Part shown: one piece after another, positions 45,387 to 55,037 of the stretch
How positions within the stretch are numbered: the stretch's first letter is position 1
Layout: each line of letters starts with the position of its first letter
Origin: a bacterium
GTDB taxonomy: Bacteria; Chloroflexota; Dormibacteria; Aeolococcales; Bog-877
Assembly: GCA_021795235.1 (NCBI GenBank)
Contig: JAJYPP010000001.1
Location: forward strand, 131,384-195,383
DNA: 64,000 nt
Direction: 5' to 3'
The notes under the pieces: generated by a model
What the model saw: only the letters and a program-made list of their open reading frames with translations
Told to the model about the DNA's origin: nothing
Databases searched by the model: none
Made by a program: the position numbers and the translations under genes

Positions 45387-46112
45387 ATGAGCCCGGATCG
45401 GCAACCGGCGCCCTGGCTGCCACCGGCAACGATCCAGAAGCTGGGCCGGCGGGCTTCGCAGGAGCCGTCGCGGCCACTACCCCCGAGCTCCAGAAGGCTG
45501 CCGTGGGCTGAGCGGCGTGCCCAGCTCCTGGAGGCGTGCCTGGCGGCGTTTATCGCTCGCGGCCTGGAGATGACCACCATGGACACCATCGCCGCGCAGG
45601 CTGGTGTCAGCAAGCCACTGGTGTACCGGCACTTCCACAATCGTTCCGAGGCGCTCCTAGCGGTCGTCGATCAGCAGTCCGAGCGGCTGCTGGAGGCGCT
45701 GGCCCTGCCGGCTGACTCCTTGGACAGTCCCGACTTCGAGGCCATAGTCACCGGCTTCCTCAGCTTCGCGGCTGATCATCCCCGGTCGTTCCGCTTGCTC
45801 TTTCAGCTTGTGGACGGTAGCTCCGGGCCGCCAAAGAGGCGGCTCGATCGGTTGCGCGGCGATCTCAGTCAGGCGCTGTCCCAGGCGGTGCTGACACGAG
45901 CCAACCACCGTGAGGAGGTCGCTCTGGCGATCTCCGATTCCAGAATTGGCCAGCTCATGGTCTCGATTCTGGAGGGGGTGGCCGGTGGCCTGGTGCACGG
46001 CGAGGATCCGCGATCGGTGGCTCGAACCCTGCATCGCCTGCTGCGCCCGGATCGGGTGGTGGCCGCCCTCATGCCGGATCAGGATTCGACCGCTGCGCTG
46101 GACAGTTGGTGA
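45387..46112 (+). CDS. TetR family transcriptional regulator
   Basis: HTH segment TTMDTIAAQAGVSKPLVYRHFHNRSEAL. The N-terminal ~45 aa are low complexity, so the start is uncertain. Confidence 0.8.
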   Translation: MSPDRQPAPWLPPATIQKLGRRASQEPSRPLPPSSRRLPWAERRAQLLEACLAAFIARGLEMTTMDTIAAQAGVSKPLVYRHFHNRSEALLAVVDQQSERLLEALALPADSLDSPDFEAIVTGFLSFAADHPRSFRLLFQLVDGSSGPPKRRLDRLRGDLSQALSQAVLTRANHREEVALAISDSRIGQLMVSILEGVAGGLVHGEDPRSVARTLHRLLRPDRVVAALMPDQDSTAALDSW

Positions 46113-46204
46113 GGTGCCCACCTGGCTTGCGCTCCCAGCCGCCCGCCCCTTGCCCGCCCCGACTGGTGAGGCAGCCGCCGCAATCAGGGAACTCGCCAAG
46201 GTTG

Positions 46205-46492
46205 GAACAGGTGCTCGTGGGAGCTGCGGTTCGCGCTGATGAACTTGAAGGAGTGGCAGCCACCGCAGGAAATCTCCGTGACCGGCCGGACATGGCCAGC
46301 GCCAGCGGGGTGGCCGCCTCTCCGCCTGCCAGCAGCGACGGCCAGGACGCTGGATGATCCGGCGCCGTGGGAGGGAGCGTAAGACCAGAGCCAACGGCTC
46401 GGGCGGCACCCGGTGAGGCCAAGACCCGTAAGGGAACCCCGAGAAGGGGTGCCGCAGGAGTTCGCTCACTATGGTTCACTCGGCGGCAACGG
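46205..46492 (+). ncRNA. Copy B of the ~300-nt structured repeat
   Basis: 288 nt between tetR and the helicase-nuclease operon. It shares the conserved blocks, with a ~15-nt shorter central arm. Its 3' terminal motif GTTCACTCGG is repeated again at 46516-46526. Confidence 0.6.
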
Positions 46493-46720
46493 GGACGGCC
46501 CATTCCGGTCACCAGAGTTCACTCGGATGCCCGGCAGAGCCGGCCGGGCGGAGCCAGGAGGAGCTGAGGCCGCCCCGGGGGGCGGGGACTGCGTCGGCCT
46601 GGCCCCCTGCCGTACGCTCGTGCGCGGTGCGGTGCGCGGAGCGGCGGCGTCCACTTCAGCGACTGGAGGTCTGATCTGAGGGATTCGGTAGACCGTCTCT
46701 GGGTTGTCGGACCCACCCGG

Positions 46721-49700
46721 GTGACCGGAGGGCCGCGATCGGGCAAGACCGGGCTCCTGGCCCGGCTCGCCGCTGACTGGCTGGAGGGTGGTGGCAAAGC
46801 TGGTCGGCTGGTTGTGGTGACCCGCAGCCACTCGGGCTTGCGGGAGATGGAGGCGCGCATCGCGGCCCTGCTGCCAGACTGCCATACCCCCCCCTTGCTG
46901 CTCACCCAGGAGGAGCTGGCCCGGAAGGTCCTGGACGAGGCCGGGGAGCCACCGACCAAGAGCGCGGGGCTGAGCCGTCTCGGTGAGTGGATGGCGATGC
47001 GGGAGGCGCTGGAGCGCGCGCGCCCACTACTCAAGCGGCTCAGCGCCCTGGTTGATGACCCAGGGTGCATCGAGGATCTCTTGGAATTCGCCGCTCTGGT
47101 CAAGCAGGCCCTGATCGGACCCGGGCTACTGGCCGCGCGCCTGCATTACGAGGGTGGACTGCTGGCCGAGTTGGCACTGATCACGGCCGGCTACCAGGAC
47201 GCCCTAAGGCGGATGGAAGCGCGCGACACCCGCGATCTGACGGTGGATGCCGTGGCCCTCATGGAGGAGGAGGGATCGTTACTGGACGGTTGGGCGGATC
47301 TCATGCTGGTGGACGAGGCGGAGGACCTCAGCCCTTCTCAGGGGCGCCTGCTCAGCTTGCTGGGGCGGCGTCTGACCGAGCCCTTCCGGATGGTCCTGGC
47401 CGGGGACCGCCGGGTATCGCTGCCCTCGTTCCGGGGACCCACCGCCAGCTTCTTCGACGAGGCGTACCCCAGGGAGTTTCACCCTGGCGAGTGGGCGCTC
47501 GGTGAGGGAGTCGCCGGTTGGGTTCAGACGGTCTCCGAAGACCTGGGGGTGGGAGGAGCGGAGCCGTCCGACGCCCGCTCTGGTGCCGGGCCCGGCGCAG
47601 CGGCTGGAGCATCTCCGACTTCGGCAGTCATCTGGGAGGCGGCTGACGAGGCGGATGAGGCCCTGGCGATTGCGCGGGAGATCCAGAGGGCTCACCTCAC
47701 CGAGAAGCTCGCCTTTGAGGAGGTGGCGATCCTGCTGTGGGACCCCGCCCGGCAGCTGGGTCCGATGGTGGGGGCGATGTCAGAGGTGGGGGTGCCGACC
47801 CTAATCGAGCAGCGCCGGTGGGCCGACAGCGCAGCCGTGAGAGTTGTGCTGGCGTGGCTCGGGGCCCTGGCCGACCCCGACGACGAGTCTCGTCTGATCG
47901 AATGTCTGCGTCTCGGGCCCCGGGCCTGCGATCCGTCGGCGCTCTGGCGGCTGCGTCAGGAGGCGGCTCGGGATCAGATCCGGCTCGCCACGGCGCTGGT
48001 GCGTCGCGCCTCGGCGGCGGATGACGAGGGGCCGGGCACCCTCTCGGTGCTGGCGCGGCTGTGGGCCAGGATGAAGGGTGGGGTGCCGGGGCTCGCAGCC
48101 CAGACCATGTCTGGGGTCCAGTTCGCCGCCCTGGTGGCAGAGGTCGAGATGGGCACGGGCCTTGCCAGCCTGGCCCTGCGGGAGGCCCAGACCGCCGCGG
48201 CGATGAGCCAGCTGGCCAGGGTGGCGAGTGAGGCCGCGGCGACCGGTGGGGGGCAGGCGCCTGCGCTCAGACGCTTCGAGGACTGGGTAGACCTGCTACG
48301 GACAGGGGTGCGCCGAGCCGGCACCGAGCAACGGGGGGGGCGAGTCCAGTCGGAAGCTGGGGTTGCGGTGATGTCCGTCCAACATGCCAAGGGGAGAAGC
48401 TGGCGGCGGGTCTTTCTGCCGGGAATGGTGGATGGTCTCATCCCTGGTTCTCGGCTGGAGGCCGGGGTGCTGAGCTCGGCGGAGACGCAGCGCCTGGTGG
48501 AGCTGGTGCCTGAGCTGGAAGAGGTCATGGGTGATCCCGGCCACCGAGCCGAGGCGGAACGGCGGCTGTTGCTGGTCGCGCTCAGCCGCGGATGGGAGCG
48601 GGTGGTGCTGTCCTGGAGCCGACGGGGCGCGGGCCAGGAAAACCAGAGATCTCCCTTTCTCCAGGCAATTGAGGAAGCCGGGATCGGGGAGTTCCCGGCA
48701 CCTCAGGCTTTCCCGGTCGCCTGGACGGACCTGGCGGTCGAGCTGGCGGTCGCCAGCCGCCAGGGCCGGGCCGTGGCAGAGACGAGGGAGTCGCCGGCGC
48801 TGGCCGATGAGGCCGCCAGAATCGCAGCCTGGATGGCGCCCTGGGATCCGACCAGGGGAGACCCGGTGGCCGCCTCCTCTGCGCTCAGTGCCACCTCGCT
48901 AAGCGGGTGGCTGAGCTGCCCGCGGCTCCACTTCTACTCGGCTCTCCACCTGCGCCGCAGGGACACCGTCGCGACCGTGCTGGGGGTGGCCGCGCACCGC
49001 CTGCTGGAGACGATCCATCGAGAAGGCCAGATCCAAGATCAGGTGCGGTTCAGGGCCATGGCCACCAGGGTGGTGCGCCGGGTGCTGATGCCGGAGGTGC
49101 GTGAGCGGCTGGTCGATCCGCTGGGAGCGCTCTATGTGGAGCTGTGGCTGACCAGGCTGGTGGAGCGCTGGGCAGGCGCGGTCATCGCCACCGGTGACAT
49201 GGGGCAGGCATTGGCCAGCGAGGTGCCATTCCACTTGGATCGGCCCGGGTACTCGCTGCAGGGCAAGGTTGATGCTCTTTGGCGACGGCGGGATGGGACT
49301 TTGGAGATCGTGGATTACAAGACCTCCGAGGCGGAGTTGCCGGCGGTTCCCGAGATCCGCCGCCAGCTCTTCGGGGATCCCGCCAAAGGGCACGGACCAT
49401 CCAGTTGGCAGCTGCCCATATACGTGCTGGCGGCCAGGGATGGAGCCTTCGACGCCGTGGCGGGGATGGGCCCGATCGAGGCGGCGCGCAACTGGTATCT
49501 GGGCGCTGAGGACGACCGGCAAGAGGGTGTCCCGACCAGGGGCTTTCGCCTTGGACAAGGTGGCGAGAGGGTGTCTCGCAGAGAGTCGCTGGTCACCTGG
49601 GAGGAGCTCGACAGGATTGAGGCGGAGATAGCGCGCCAGGCGGCCCTCATCCTGGCGGGACGGCATCCCGCCGCCCCTCGGCACGACCAGTACACCTGTC

Positions 49701-49789
49701 GCGGGTACCTCGGCTGTGAGATGGGGTTCTGCTGCGACGGCGAGGGCAGCGTGGGCAGCGACTTCGTAATTCCCGTGCCGCAGCCTTGA
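46721..49789 (+). CDS. AddB/AdnA-like helicase-nuclease subunit (UvrD-like P-loop domain plus C-terminal PD-(D/E)XK nuclease with a Cys cluster)
   Basis: Walker A GGPRSGKT, DEAED-like LMLVDEAEDL, nuclease motif GKVDALW...LEIVDYKT, and terminal Cys residues C..C....CC. Confidence 0.75.
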   Translation: MTGGPRSGKTGLLARLAADWLEGGGKAGRLVVVTRSHSGLREMEARIAALLPDCHTPPLLLTQEELARKVLDEAGEPPTKSAGLSRLGEWMAMREALERARPLLKRLSALVDDPGCIEDLLEFAALVKQALIGPGLLAARLHYEGGLLAELALITAGYQDALRRMEARDTRDLTVDAVALMEEEGSLLDGWADLMLVDEAEDLSPSQGRLLSLLGRRLTEPFRMVLAGDRRVSLPSFRGPTASFFDEAYPREFHPGEWALGEGVAGWVQTVSEDLGVGGAEPSDARSGAGPGAAAGASPTSAVIWEAADEADEALAIAREIQRAHLTEKLAFEEVAILLWDPARQLGPMVGAMSEVGVPTLIEQRRWADSAAVRVVLAWLGALADPDDESRLIECLRLGPRACDPSALWRLRQEAARDQIRLATALVRRASAADDEGPGTLSVLARLWARMKGGVPGLAAQTMSGVQFAALVAEVEMGTGLASLALREAQTAAAMSQLARVASEAAATGGGQAPALRRFEDWVDLLRTGVRRAGTEQRGGRVQSEAGVAVMSVQHAKGRSWRRVFLPGMVDGLIPGSRLEAGVLSSAETQRLVELVPELEEVMGDPGHRAEAERRLLLVALSRGWERVVLSWSRRGAGQENQRSPFLQAIEEAGIGEFPAPQAFPVAWTDLAVELAVASRQGRAVAETRESPALADEAARIAAWMAPWDPTRGDPVAASSALSATSLSGWLSCPRLHFYSALHLRRRDTVATVLGVAAHRLLETIHREGQIQDQVRFRAMATRVVRRVLMPEVRERLVDPLGALYVELWLTRLVERWAGAVIATGDMGQALASEVPFHLDRPGYSLQGKVDALWRRRDGTLEIVDYKTSEAELPAVPEIRRQLFGDPAKGHGPSSWQLPIYVLAARDGAFDAVAGMGPIEAARNWYLGAEDDRQEGVPTRGFRLGQGGERVSRRESLVTWEELDRIEAEIARQAALILAGRHPAAPRHDQYTCRGYLGCEMGFCCDGEGSVGSDFVIPVPQP

Positions 49790-52700
49790 GTCACGGGGAC
49801 GCCCTGCTGGCATGGTTGACCGAGGAGCAGCGCGCGATCGTGGAGCAGCTGGGCCAGGGCCCTGTGAAGGTGTCCGCCGCCGCCGGTAGCGGCAAGACCA
49901 CGACCATGGCGGCGCTCTACACCCGCGCCCTCCAGGCGGGGGTTCTTCCCTCCCGGATTCTCGCTGTGACATTCACCGAACGAGCCGCCTCGGAGTTGCG
50001 CGAGCGCATCATCACCACGCTGCCCAGGGTGGGCCTCCAGAGCGAGAGCCGCTTCGAGAGGCAGCTGCCGGGGGCCTGGATTGGGACCTTTCACCACGTG
50101 GCGCGGCGCCTGCTAGCGGAGATGGCATATCGGGCGGAGGTGCCGATGGGCCTGCGGACCCTGGACGAGGTGGAGGCCAGGTTGGAGCTGGAGGCGGCCG
50201 CCTCAGTGGTCAGGGACTCCCTGGCCGGGCAGGAGGCGCTTCGCGATCTGCAGGAGTTCGAGCTGCCGCCGAAGACCCTCCTGGAGCTGGTGGCTGGCGC
50301 CACCGACGCGGTCACGAGATTGCGCTCCACCGATCTGACCGGGGAGGAGTGCCGCCGCAACTCGGAGGCCGCGTACCACCGTTTCATGGCCCTGGGAGAT
50401 CCGGATGCGGAGGTGGCCTGGCACCGGCTGGCGCTGGACGTCACGCTGGCCATCTGGGAGCGGTACGAGGCCCGGCTCGAGGCCCTGCGAAGCCTCGACT
50501 TCGACGGGCTGCTGCGGATGGCCCTGGATCGTCTGCGACGATCCTCCGCGCTCTCGTCGTGGTGCCACGACAACTTCCAATTGGTCATCGTGGACGAGTT
50601 CCAGGACACGAGCCAGGTACAGAGCGCGCTTCTGGATCAGCTGGTGGGCGAGGATCGCCGCAAGCTCTTCGTGGTCGGTGACGCCAGACAGTCGATCTTC
50701 GCCTTCCGGGACGCCAAACCAGGGATCATGGCGGGCTCGCCGGGGCGCTCCTTCCGGCTCTTCCGCAACCACCGGTCGTTGCCGCCCATCCTCGCGGCCG
50801 CGGACCATGTCATCCGCGCCGATCTGCAGTTCGCAGCGGATGACCCCATGGAGGTGGGTCGGCAGCACCCCGTCGCTCCACCGGTGCTGCTGGGTCTGGC
50901 CGCCACGCCCGAGGAGGAGGCGGAGGGGATCGCCGCCTTCATCGAGGCCGTGCATCTGCAGGGGATTCCTCACGGCGGCGAGCACCACCAGGTGGGATAC
51001 GGGGATTTCGCGGTGCTCGCCTATACATTCGGCAGGCTGGGGAGGCCACTTGAGGACGCCCTGCGGCGACGAGGCATTCCCTTCCAGACCGCGACCGGGG
51101 GATTGTTGGAGCGGCCCGAGGTCAAGGACCTGCTCGCCCTGCTGCGGGCGGTGGTCGACCCCGATGACGACGAGGCCTGGGTCCGGATTCTGCAGTCGCC
51201 CTGGGTTAGGGTCTCCGACCAGCAGCTCGTGGAGCTGGTCGGGGCCCGGGATGGCCGAAACCACTCGATCGCGGAGCGGGTCAGCGGGGCTGTCGGTGCC
51301 GGCGGCCTACCGCCTCAGGTCGAGGCCAGGGTTGCCGGCATCCTCTCCGCGGTGGCGGATCTCCGGGTGCTGGCCTCGCATCGATCCGCCGGCGAGGTGG
51401 TGGGAGCGGCGCTGGCGAACAGCCGCCTGCTGGCCTACCACCAGGCCCTGCAGGGGCTGGTGGTGGGCCAGGGAGAGCGGTCACTGGCTGCGGTTCGAGA
51501 CCTTCAGAGGATGGCCGTAGCCGCCCAGTCGTCCAGCCGGTGGCTGGGCGTGGGTGAGTTCCTGGAGCGGATCGAGACCCTCGGCAATCTCCGGGGGCAG
51601 GCTGAGCCGGCGCCCAGGGAGCAGAGATCCCTGGTGACTCTGAGTACGATTCACCGGGCCAAGGGGCTCGAGTGGCCGGTGGTGATCCTGGCGGACTGTC
51701 GTCCCCATCATCAGAGGGGACGGGAGCGGGTGGTTTGGGATCGCGAGCAGCTGGCGGTGGTGATGCCTCTCCTGGCGCACCAGGAGACGGGTGCCGGCAA
51801 GCGCTTCAAGGGTTCCCGGGACTCCCGGGTGCCGGCCGAGGAGCACCGCCGGTTGATCTACGTCGCCATGACCAGGGCCAGGGATCTGCTCGCGGTGACC
51901 ACTACCAGGGCGGGCACCAGGACCTCGGCCAAAGCCATCGAGGAGGTGGTGGCCGCGGTCCGGGGCGGCGACTCTGGCAAGGGCGAGTACGCGGAGCTGT
52001 TGCGAGTCGTCGCCGACGGCGGGCAGGGCTGGGTAGGGCTCCTGCCCGGCTTCCCCGGCGCGATCCAACTTCCGTGGGAGGTCGAGGTGGGGGCGGCTGT
52101 TGCGCCCCCGGGACCGCCGGCGGCGGTCCCGGGGGCCGACCTTTCGCGCGCCGCCCTGCGGCGGCTGGTGCAGGAGCCGAGCCCGAGAGTGGCCGAGGTC
52201 GCCTGCGTACCCCAACGACTCAGCTTCAGCGCTTTGCAGACGTTCGCGGCCTGCCCCCGCCAGTTCTGGTTCCGCTATGTGGTGGGCTTCCCGGATCCGC
52301 AGACGCAGGCAGACGGTGGGGTGGCAGAGGCCGAGATCGCCTCCGAGGTGGACGCCAGGGAACGTTCCCTGGGCATCGGATCCCTGGTGCATCGGGTGCT
52401 GGAACGGTGGCACCAGGGCAGCTTCCCGCCGCAGCCGGCGGACCTGGAGGTGTGGGTCGATCGCTTGGGCGTTGGGATGCCGACTGGCGACACGGATGAG
52501 GCCAGATCGATGCTGCGCGACTATGTTGCCCTGCCGGTGGCAGGGCTGCGCACCCAAGGGGTGGAGGTCCCGTTTGTGTGGCGGGGCTGGGGCGGACCGG
52601 GACTGCCGCCGTTGAGCGGGGTCATCGACCGGATCGCGGAAGCAGAGGACGGCTCTCGGCTGGTCGTCGACTACAAGACCAATGCGGCGCTCAGCGCGGC

Positions 52701-53010
52701 CCAGGCCGAGACGTATTCGCATCAGCTGCGCCTCTACTGCATGGCTCTGGAGGCGATGTCCGGCGGGACCGCTCCGATTGGCGCGGCGGCGATGGTGATG
52801 CTGCGGGATGGGCGGCTCCGCTTCGTCGATTGTGGGGAGCAGGCTCGAGGCGACACCCTGCGCTGGGCGCGGGCGCTGGCGCAGCGACTGGTGGGGGCTG
52901 GTGAACTTTCCGGGCTCCGACATCCAACCCGGCCCTGCCACTCCTGCCCATATCTGGCGGTGTGCCCCGAACGGCTGGAGATCCCGCCCCCGACCGCGGC
53001 CCTGTTCTGA
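49786..53010 (+). CDS. UvrD/AddA/AdnB-like helicase-nuclease subunit
   Basis: AAAGSGKTTT, VTFTERAA, IVDEFQDT, VGDARQSIFAFR, TIHRAKGLEW, YVAMTRAR, C-terminal RecB nuclease GVIDRI...VVDYKT plus Cys residues. TTG overlaps the upstream TGA. Confidence 0.85.
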   Translation: MSHGDALLAWLTEEQRAIVEQLGQGPVKVSAAAGSGKTTTMAALYTRALQAGVLPSRILAVTFTERAASELRERIITTLPRVGLQSESRFERQLPGAWIGTFHHVARRLLAEMAYRAEVPMGLRTLDEVEARLELEAAASVVRDSLAGQEALRDLQEFELPPKTLLELVAGATDAVTRLRSTDLTGEECRRNSEAAYHRFMALGDPDAEVAWHRLALDVTLAIWERYEARLEALRSLDFDGLLRMALDRLRRSSALSSWCHDNFQLVIVDEFQDTSQVQSALLDQLVGEDRRKLFVVGDARQSIFAFRDAKPGIMAGSPGRSFRLFRNHRSLPPILAAADHVIRADLQFAADDPMEVGRQHPVAPPVLLGLAATPEEEAEGIAAFIEAVHLQGIPHGGEHHQVGYGDFAVLAYTFGRLGRPLEDALRRRGIPFQTATGGLLERPEVKDLLALLRAVVDPDDDEAWVRILQSPWVRVSDQQLVELVGARDGRNHSIAERVSGAVGAGGLPPQVEARVAGILSAVADLRVLASHRSAGEVVGAALANSRLLAYHQALQGLVVGQGERSLAAVRDLQRMAVAAQSSSRWLGVGEFLERIETLGNLRGQAEPAPREQRSLVTLSTIHRAKGLEWPVVILADCRPHHQRGRERVVWDREQLAVVMPLLAHQETGAGKRFKGSRDSRVPAEEHRRLIYVAMTRARDLLAVTTTRAGTRTSAKAIEEVVAAVRGGDSGKGEYAELLRVVADGGQGWVGLLPGFPGAIQLPWEVEVGAAVAPPGPPAAVPGADLSRAALRRLVQEPSPRVAEVACVPQRLSFSALQTFAACPRQFWFRYVVGFPDPQTQADGGVAEAEIASEVDARERSLGIGSLVHRVLERWHQGSFPPQPADLEVWVDRLGVGMPTGDTDEARSMLRDYVALPVAGLRTQGVEVPFVWRGWGGPGLPPLSGVIDRIAEAEDGSRLVVDYKTNAALSAAQAETYSHQLRLYCMALEAMSGGTAPIGAAAMVMLRDGRLRFVDCGEQARGDTLRWARALAQRLVGAGELSGLRHPTRPCHSCPYLAVCPERLEIPPPTAALF

Positions 53011-53066
53011 CCTCCACGGGTTTCCCGGGCCGGGAAGGGCCGCGGCGGGTCGGGACGAGGTTCGGC

Positions 53067-53405
53067 TCAGGACCCCAGGCGAAACAGCTGCGGCAATTTC
53101 ATGGCCAGCCCCATGTCGCCCTTCACCTTGAGCTTGCCGGTCATGAACGCCATGGTGCCGTCGAGTCGCCCTGTGAGCAGTTTGACGAAGTTGTCGTCAG
53201 CGATAGTGATCGTGATGCTGGGTGACTCGGCGTCGCCCGGGTGGACCTGGCAGCTGTTGTCCTTGATCTCAACGTACCAGCGGCCGCCCTGGGACCCGGA
53301 GATGTCCCACTGGAACACGGCGGCCACGCCCTGGGCCTTCTCAGCCTGGAAGGCCGCGGGAATCTTGTCCATGATCTCCTGGGGGGTCATCTCGGCATCG
53401 GACAT
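53067..53405 (-). CDS. SCP2 sterol-carrier-like domain protein
   Basis: 112 aa. C-terminal FMTGKLKVKGDMGLAMKL motif. Confidence 0.75.
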   Translation of the reverse strand: MSDAEMTPQEIMDKIPAAFQAEKAQGVAAVFQWDISGSQGGRWYVEIKDNSCQVHPGDAESPSITITIADDNFVKLLTGRLDGTMAFMTGKLKVKGDMGLAMKLPQLFRLGS

Positions 53406-54441
53406 GGGTTCTCCTCAGACCCCGCCCGCGGCGGGGATGCTGCTGTTGCTTGGGCGGTGACGGAGGTCTGGCATCAGTCGCTGGCTGGAGGCTGCATCCG
53501 GGCTTTGCCCTCTCCAGCAGACTGAATGGCCAGCGCTTGGGACGGCGTAGGTAGCCGAGGTTGGGTCCGAGGCGCCGGGGCTCGAATCCGAACTGGGCCT
53601 GGATCGCGTTCTTGGCGGCGATGTTGGGCTTTGCCAGCATGTCCAGCTGCTGCGGTGTGACCAGGGGATTGCGCATCAGCTTATCCATGACCACAGCCCC
53701 CGGTCGGATCAGCCGGGGATCGAGATGCAGGGGCCGGCGCTTGGAGATTCCGAACCAGTCCTTGCCCGTGGCGTGGGCGATCGCCACTGTGATCTCCTCC
53801 AGCGTCAGCTGCTCCGGCCCCCCGATCTCGTAGATGTGACCGGGGCGGTCGGCGTCGTCAACTGCCGCACGCAGGCAGAGCGCCACGTCCTCGGCCGCGA
53901 TGGGTTGAAATATGGCGGTGCCGTCGCCGGGGATGACCAGAAAGGGCGCGGGCATGCTGATCGCCTTGGCCAGCAGGCTGAAGAAGCCGTCGCGCTCTCC
54001 GAATATGACCGAGGATCGCAGGACGACCCACTCCAGGCCACTGGCCTGGACCCACTGCTCCCCCTGCCACTTACTGAACAAGTAGGGGAACAGGGGGTCC
54101 GGGTCGGCTCCGATGGCGGAGAGCTGCACCAGGCGGCGCACCCCGGCCGACTGCGCCGCCTGGACCACGTTCTTGGTGCCCTTGGCGTTCACGCTGTCGA
54201 AGGTCTGGACCCCCTGGTTGCGGATCACCGCGACCAGGTTGACCACCACCTCGGCTCCCTCGAAGGCGGCCTCCAGGCCCTCACCGGTCACCACGTCGCC
54301 GAAGGTGGGTGAGAGGCCAGGGGGCAGGGTGGTCGAGCGCGCCCCGCGCCCGACCACCCTTATCTCATGCCCGGCCTCCAAGAGCAGGGGCACCAGATGT
54401 GAACCGACGAATCCGCTGCCGCCGGCGACCGCTACGCGCAT
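53341..54441 (-). CDS. NAD(P)H-binding epimerase/dehydratase-like protein (NDUFA9/NmrA-like)
   Basis: MRVAVAGGSGFVGSHL Rossmann N-terminus. The last ~60 aa are low complexity and overlap the SCP2 start by 65 nt. Confidence 0.75.
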   Translation of the reverse strand: MRVAVAGGSGFVGSHLVPLLLEAGHEIRVVGRGARSTTLPPGLSPTFGDVVTGEGLEAAFEGAEVVVNLVAVIRNQGVQTFDSVNAKGTKNVVQAAQSAGVRRLVQLSAIGADPDPLFPYLFSKWQGEQWVQASGLEWVVLRSSVIFGERDGFFSLLAKAISMPAPFLVIPGDGTAIFQPIAAEDVALCLRAAVDDADRPGHIYEIGGPEQLTLEEITVAIAHATGKDWFGISKRRPLHLDPRLIRPGAVVMDKLMRNPLVTPQQLDMLAKPNIAAKNAIQAQFGFEPRRLGPNLGYLRRPKRWPFSLLERAKPGCSLQPATDARPPSPPKQQQHPRRGRGLRRTHVRCRDDPPGDHGQDSRGLPG

Positions 54442-54458
54442 GGATTCCTCAGCCGAGG

Positions 54459-54797
54459 TTAGCGCTTGGCGGTGCGGCGCCGCGGTGCCGGCTTGCCGGC
54501 CACCGAGGTCTTGAGCGCTGCCGCTGGGTAGAAGCGCACCTTCTGGGTGGCCGGTACCTTGACCATCTCCTGGGTCTGGGGGTTGCGGCGCATCCCGGCT
54601 GCGGTCTCGCGGATCTTCCAGCGCCCGAAGCCGGCGATGGCTACCTCTTCGCCCTTCTCGAGCTGCTTGCCGATGAGGTCGAAGATCAGCTTGAGGGTGT
54701 CATCCGCGAAGCGGAAGTTGGGAAACACCGGGTCGTTGGGGTCGTTGTCGTAGAGGAGCGTGGATTGCAGGGTTTTGGCCAACTCGCGACGATTCAT
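54459..54797 (-). CDS. hup: HU/IHF family DNA-binding protein with a basic C-terminal tail
   Basis: MNRRELAK..., GFGRWKIRETAAGMRRNPQTQEMVKVPA beta-arm motif. ATG 54797 is preceded by GGGAGG. Confidence 0.8.
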   Translation of the reverse strand: MNRRELAKTLQSTLLYDNDPNDPVFPNFRFADDTLKLIFDLIGKQLEKGEEVAIAGFGRWKIRETAAGMRRNPQTQEMVKVPATQKVRFYPAAALKTSVAGKPAPRRRTAKR

Positions 54798-54960
54798 GGA
54801 CACGCCTCCCTTTCTACTGCGGACTTGAACGTTATCCGCTTCATGCAAGGGATTTTAGACAGATGCGTGGGGGCGTGGGGGAGGTTGATCTCGCTGCTGA
54901 CCCGCGCCCGGGCTGGCGCTCGGTCGGTCGGACCGGGGCTGAGAACGGTTTGACTAAGCC

Positions 54961-54979
54961 AAACGCCAGTTCGTATAAT
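54961..54979 (+). promoter_or_regulatory. Candidate promoter (TATAAT 54974-54979) overlapped by an SOS-box-like aAAC-N4-GTTC
   Basis: AAACGCCAGTTCGTATAAT lies 60 nt upstream of the imuA-like start. It matches the GAAC-N4-GTTC (Cheo-type LexA box) in 7 of 8 positions. Confidence 0.25.
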
Positions 54980-55037
54980 CAGCTGGGCTCGCCTCCTTCG
55001 AGATGGTTCTCTCCGGGCTGGGCCGAAGGACTTCTGG

